Shown in pieces: positions 60,598-64,000 of a DNA stretch of 64,000 nucleotides (positions within the stretch are counted from its first letter, which is position 1; every line of letters begins with the position of its first letter). The translations under genes and the position numbers were made by a program. The stretch lies in the NCBI RefSeq assembly GCF_009914755.1, contig NC_060932.1. One strand, 5' to 3'. The DNA is from the human T2T-CHM13v2.0 reference genome, Homo sapiens. The notes under the pieces were generated by a model that made no database searches, had not been told where the DNA came from, and worked only from the letters and a program-made list of their open reading frames with translations.

Positions 60598-61308
60598 AGA
60601 TTGTATTTTCTAACCTTTAGGTGTGGCCATGTGATGGGTGTTTGCCAATGACAAGTAAGCAACAGTGACGTGTGTTACACCTGGGTGGGAACTTTGAGGG
60701 CCGGTGAGCAACTTGCCAACTCTTTCCCCTGCAATCATGGTCATGAATCTGACAGGGGCTGCCCTATCGGCCTGGCCCTGGAGGGAAGACAACACGGAGC
60801 ACAGCCCTTGATGGGCAGCCAACCTAAGAGGGAAGTAAAAGTCGGTGGCTTTAGGTCACTGAGATGTTGCATTATTTCTTACATAACACAACCTCATTTA
60901 TTCGGACTGATACAAAATACTATGATGTTTGCATAGACACATAACTCTTATTTTGTGTGTCTGGCTCTTGACCATATATTTGTTACGTTTTTGATTTCCC
61001 ACCACTCTGCCTTCTAGAAAGCAATGCCCGTTCATGGTCTGAAGGCCCTCAACACAAATTTTCCTTCTTTCTGCAGCATTTCAGGGAAAGTAGACCCCAG
61101 GATGAGAGTGTGTTTTGCTTCCTTTCCATCCCAAGATCTCACTGCAAAAAATCTCTACTCTGGCTCTGACCCCAATCCCCTCACTGCTATCGTGTCAGTA
61201 TGTTTTGTGAGTGCCCTCCCCTCTACACACTTGACCCACAGCATTGTTGAAAGTAACTATGGAGAAGTAAAGGTGAATGGATTATAATTTCCCTGGAAGG
61301 GAGTTTGA

Positions 61309-61597
<289 letters not shown>

Positions 61598-61809
61598 GGA
61601 TTCCCGTGGCGTCTTAATTTCCTAGAGACATAAATTTTTCGGGGACCTGTTGTTGTTTCCAGAGTCAAGTTTATTAATGCACCTTTTAACGAATCAATGT
61701 TGTTCTGGTTGAATCATGGGCATAGAGAGTCAGCAACAACAATTCGGTAGGTGTTGTGCCAACGTTGGGGCACTTTAGTGAGAGGCACCGTGGGTTCCAG
61801 AGAAAGTCT

Positions 61810-62250
61810 TCTAGCTGGGGTCCTCCTGAAATCAGAAGGAGCTTGGATGAAGACTTCTACTAGATGGTTTATTTGGCAGGTTATCAAGGGGTAAGGAAGC
61901 AGGTAAGAAGGGAACACCAGTGCCAGGTGTGTTACCAAGGATGCTGCTGTGGACTGTGGAGTGCGGTCTCTCCAGGGCTGTCTGTGAAACACTCAGGATG
62001 CTGCTGGGAAGTGACAGCAGGGAGGGAAGGAGGCTTTTGGTTCCCACCTTGCCTTCTTAATTGAGGGCACCCCCAGGGCTGCTCACACCCCTTTATGTCT
62101 GATCTATGCTTGTACATATAGCCTGGAGGAACATCATTGTAGGAGCACTGCCCTTCCAATGGCACAGAAAGCAAGGCCATGCTGTGCGTGTTTGAGGCAA
62201 GGTGCTGCTAGCACCAGGGGAACAGAAGTCCCCTGGAAACATCCACACCA
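61810..62250. mobile_element. Old ERVL LTR (LTR33/LTR16-like) remnant
   Basis: ggggtcctcctgaaatcaga...ggtttatttggcagg; tentative. Confidence 0.4.
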
Positions 62251-62854
62251 GTGGCAGCCATCGTCAAAGGTGAGGAAGAGAATGACAGTCACAGTGACAG
62301 TGACAGTCATGTCTGCTTCCATATTATGATGTGATTTGCAATGAAACGTGTGTGCCCAGTAGTATTGAACATGCTTGTGTTCCTGGAAAGGCAAGCTGGT
62401 TCTCAGTTCTGTTGCCAATGTGCGTGGATGTGGGTGAGGTGATGTGGGATGTGGGTAGGGTAGCGCATGCTCTCTAGAAGGTAGCAAATCTACCTTACCT
62501 TTCATAAGGAAGTCATCAGATCCTGAATGTTTATGACTGGGGAAACTGAGGGAATGCAATAAACTTTCCTGGCACTATGTTCTTGGCACTTACCTGAGGA
62601 CAACCCTGCTCCCATTTGGCCTGGATTTGGGGTCCCTTCCTCCTCCATGGTCCATTTAGGCCATGTTGTGTGTCAGTACGACCTACACGTGAACTCCAGA
62701 GGAAAGGCCTGCCCGGGATGTTGCTGCTGTTCTGATACAGAAACAATTGGATGCCCTTAAACGCACATGCCTTCCCATGTAATGTCTTGGCAAAGTGGAA
62801 ATGAGCACTCAGAATTGCCGCTGGCAGGAGTGCTGCTGGGTTCGCGTTTCTTTA

Positions 62855-63563
<709 letters not shown>

Positions 63564-63682
63564 TCAAAACAGAAATGATACCCTAACATATTGGGGTCTT
63601 CATTGACCGTAACCACAAAATGGGTTATTAGCATGATGTGGCTGCTTACAAAAGTGGAGTAGCAGAATTCTAAGATGATCTC

Positions 63683-64000
63683 TGTGATGGTGACTTTCAT
63701 GTGTCCGCTCAGCTAGGCAATAGTACCCAGTCATTTAATTGAAACCTAATCCAGGTGCACTGGGCAGGTATTTTGCAGATGCGGTTGACTTTAAGGAATA
63801 CAGATTAGCCTCGGTAATGAGGGTGGGCCTCATCGAATTCATTGTAGGCTGTAAGAGCAAACACTGAGGTTTCCCAGAAAGAAAGAAATTCTGCCTCAAG
63901 ACTGCAGCATCAACTTCTGCCTGAGTTCCTAGCCTGCTACCAGGCCCTGTAGACTTCAGATTTGCCAGGCCCACAGTCCTGTGAGCCAATTCCTTAAATA
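63683..64000 (+). mobile_element. MLT2B-like ERVL LTR, runs off the window end
   Basis: tgtgatggtgactttcatgtgtc...aaacactgaggtttccc...gaaattctgcctcaagactgcagcatc...gtgagccaattcctt. Confidence 0.8.

Overview
Primate (almost certainly human/hominoid) genomic DNA, non-coding and repeat-rich. It holds about 30 Alu SINEs (J, S and Y types, most with readable target-site duplications, TSDs), MIR/L2/L1M fossils, MER DNA transposons, and many solo LTRs (HERV-H LTR7-type, HML-5 LTR22, MER4A, MST, THE1, MLT1, MLT2). I find no credible protein-coding exon, tRNA, rRNA or CRISPR array; the ORF track is mostly Alu/L1/L2 read-through or chance ORFs. The most structured non-standard region is 40.5-43.3 kb. 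There an old ~120-bp imperfect palindrome has received at its AT-rich centre both a poly(A)-tailed mRNA 3'UTR retrocopy (resembling METTL21A, from memory) and a copy of nearby DNA, with several template-switch scars around it. Further short locally templated duplications occur at 53-55 kb (one inserted inside a nested MLT1 LTR) and at 58.9-59.5 kb. Other points: an intact solo LTR7B/Y-type element with three KLF boxes, an Alu carrying a 24-bp insert with a consensus splice donor, and one L1 target site reused by two Alus. I cannot support a new biological system; the findings are structural or evolutionary, and the regulatory ones are hypotheses. Subfamily names come from recalled consensus sequences and need RepeatMasker/Dfam confirmation.
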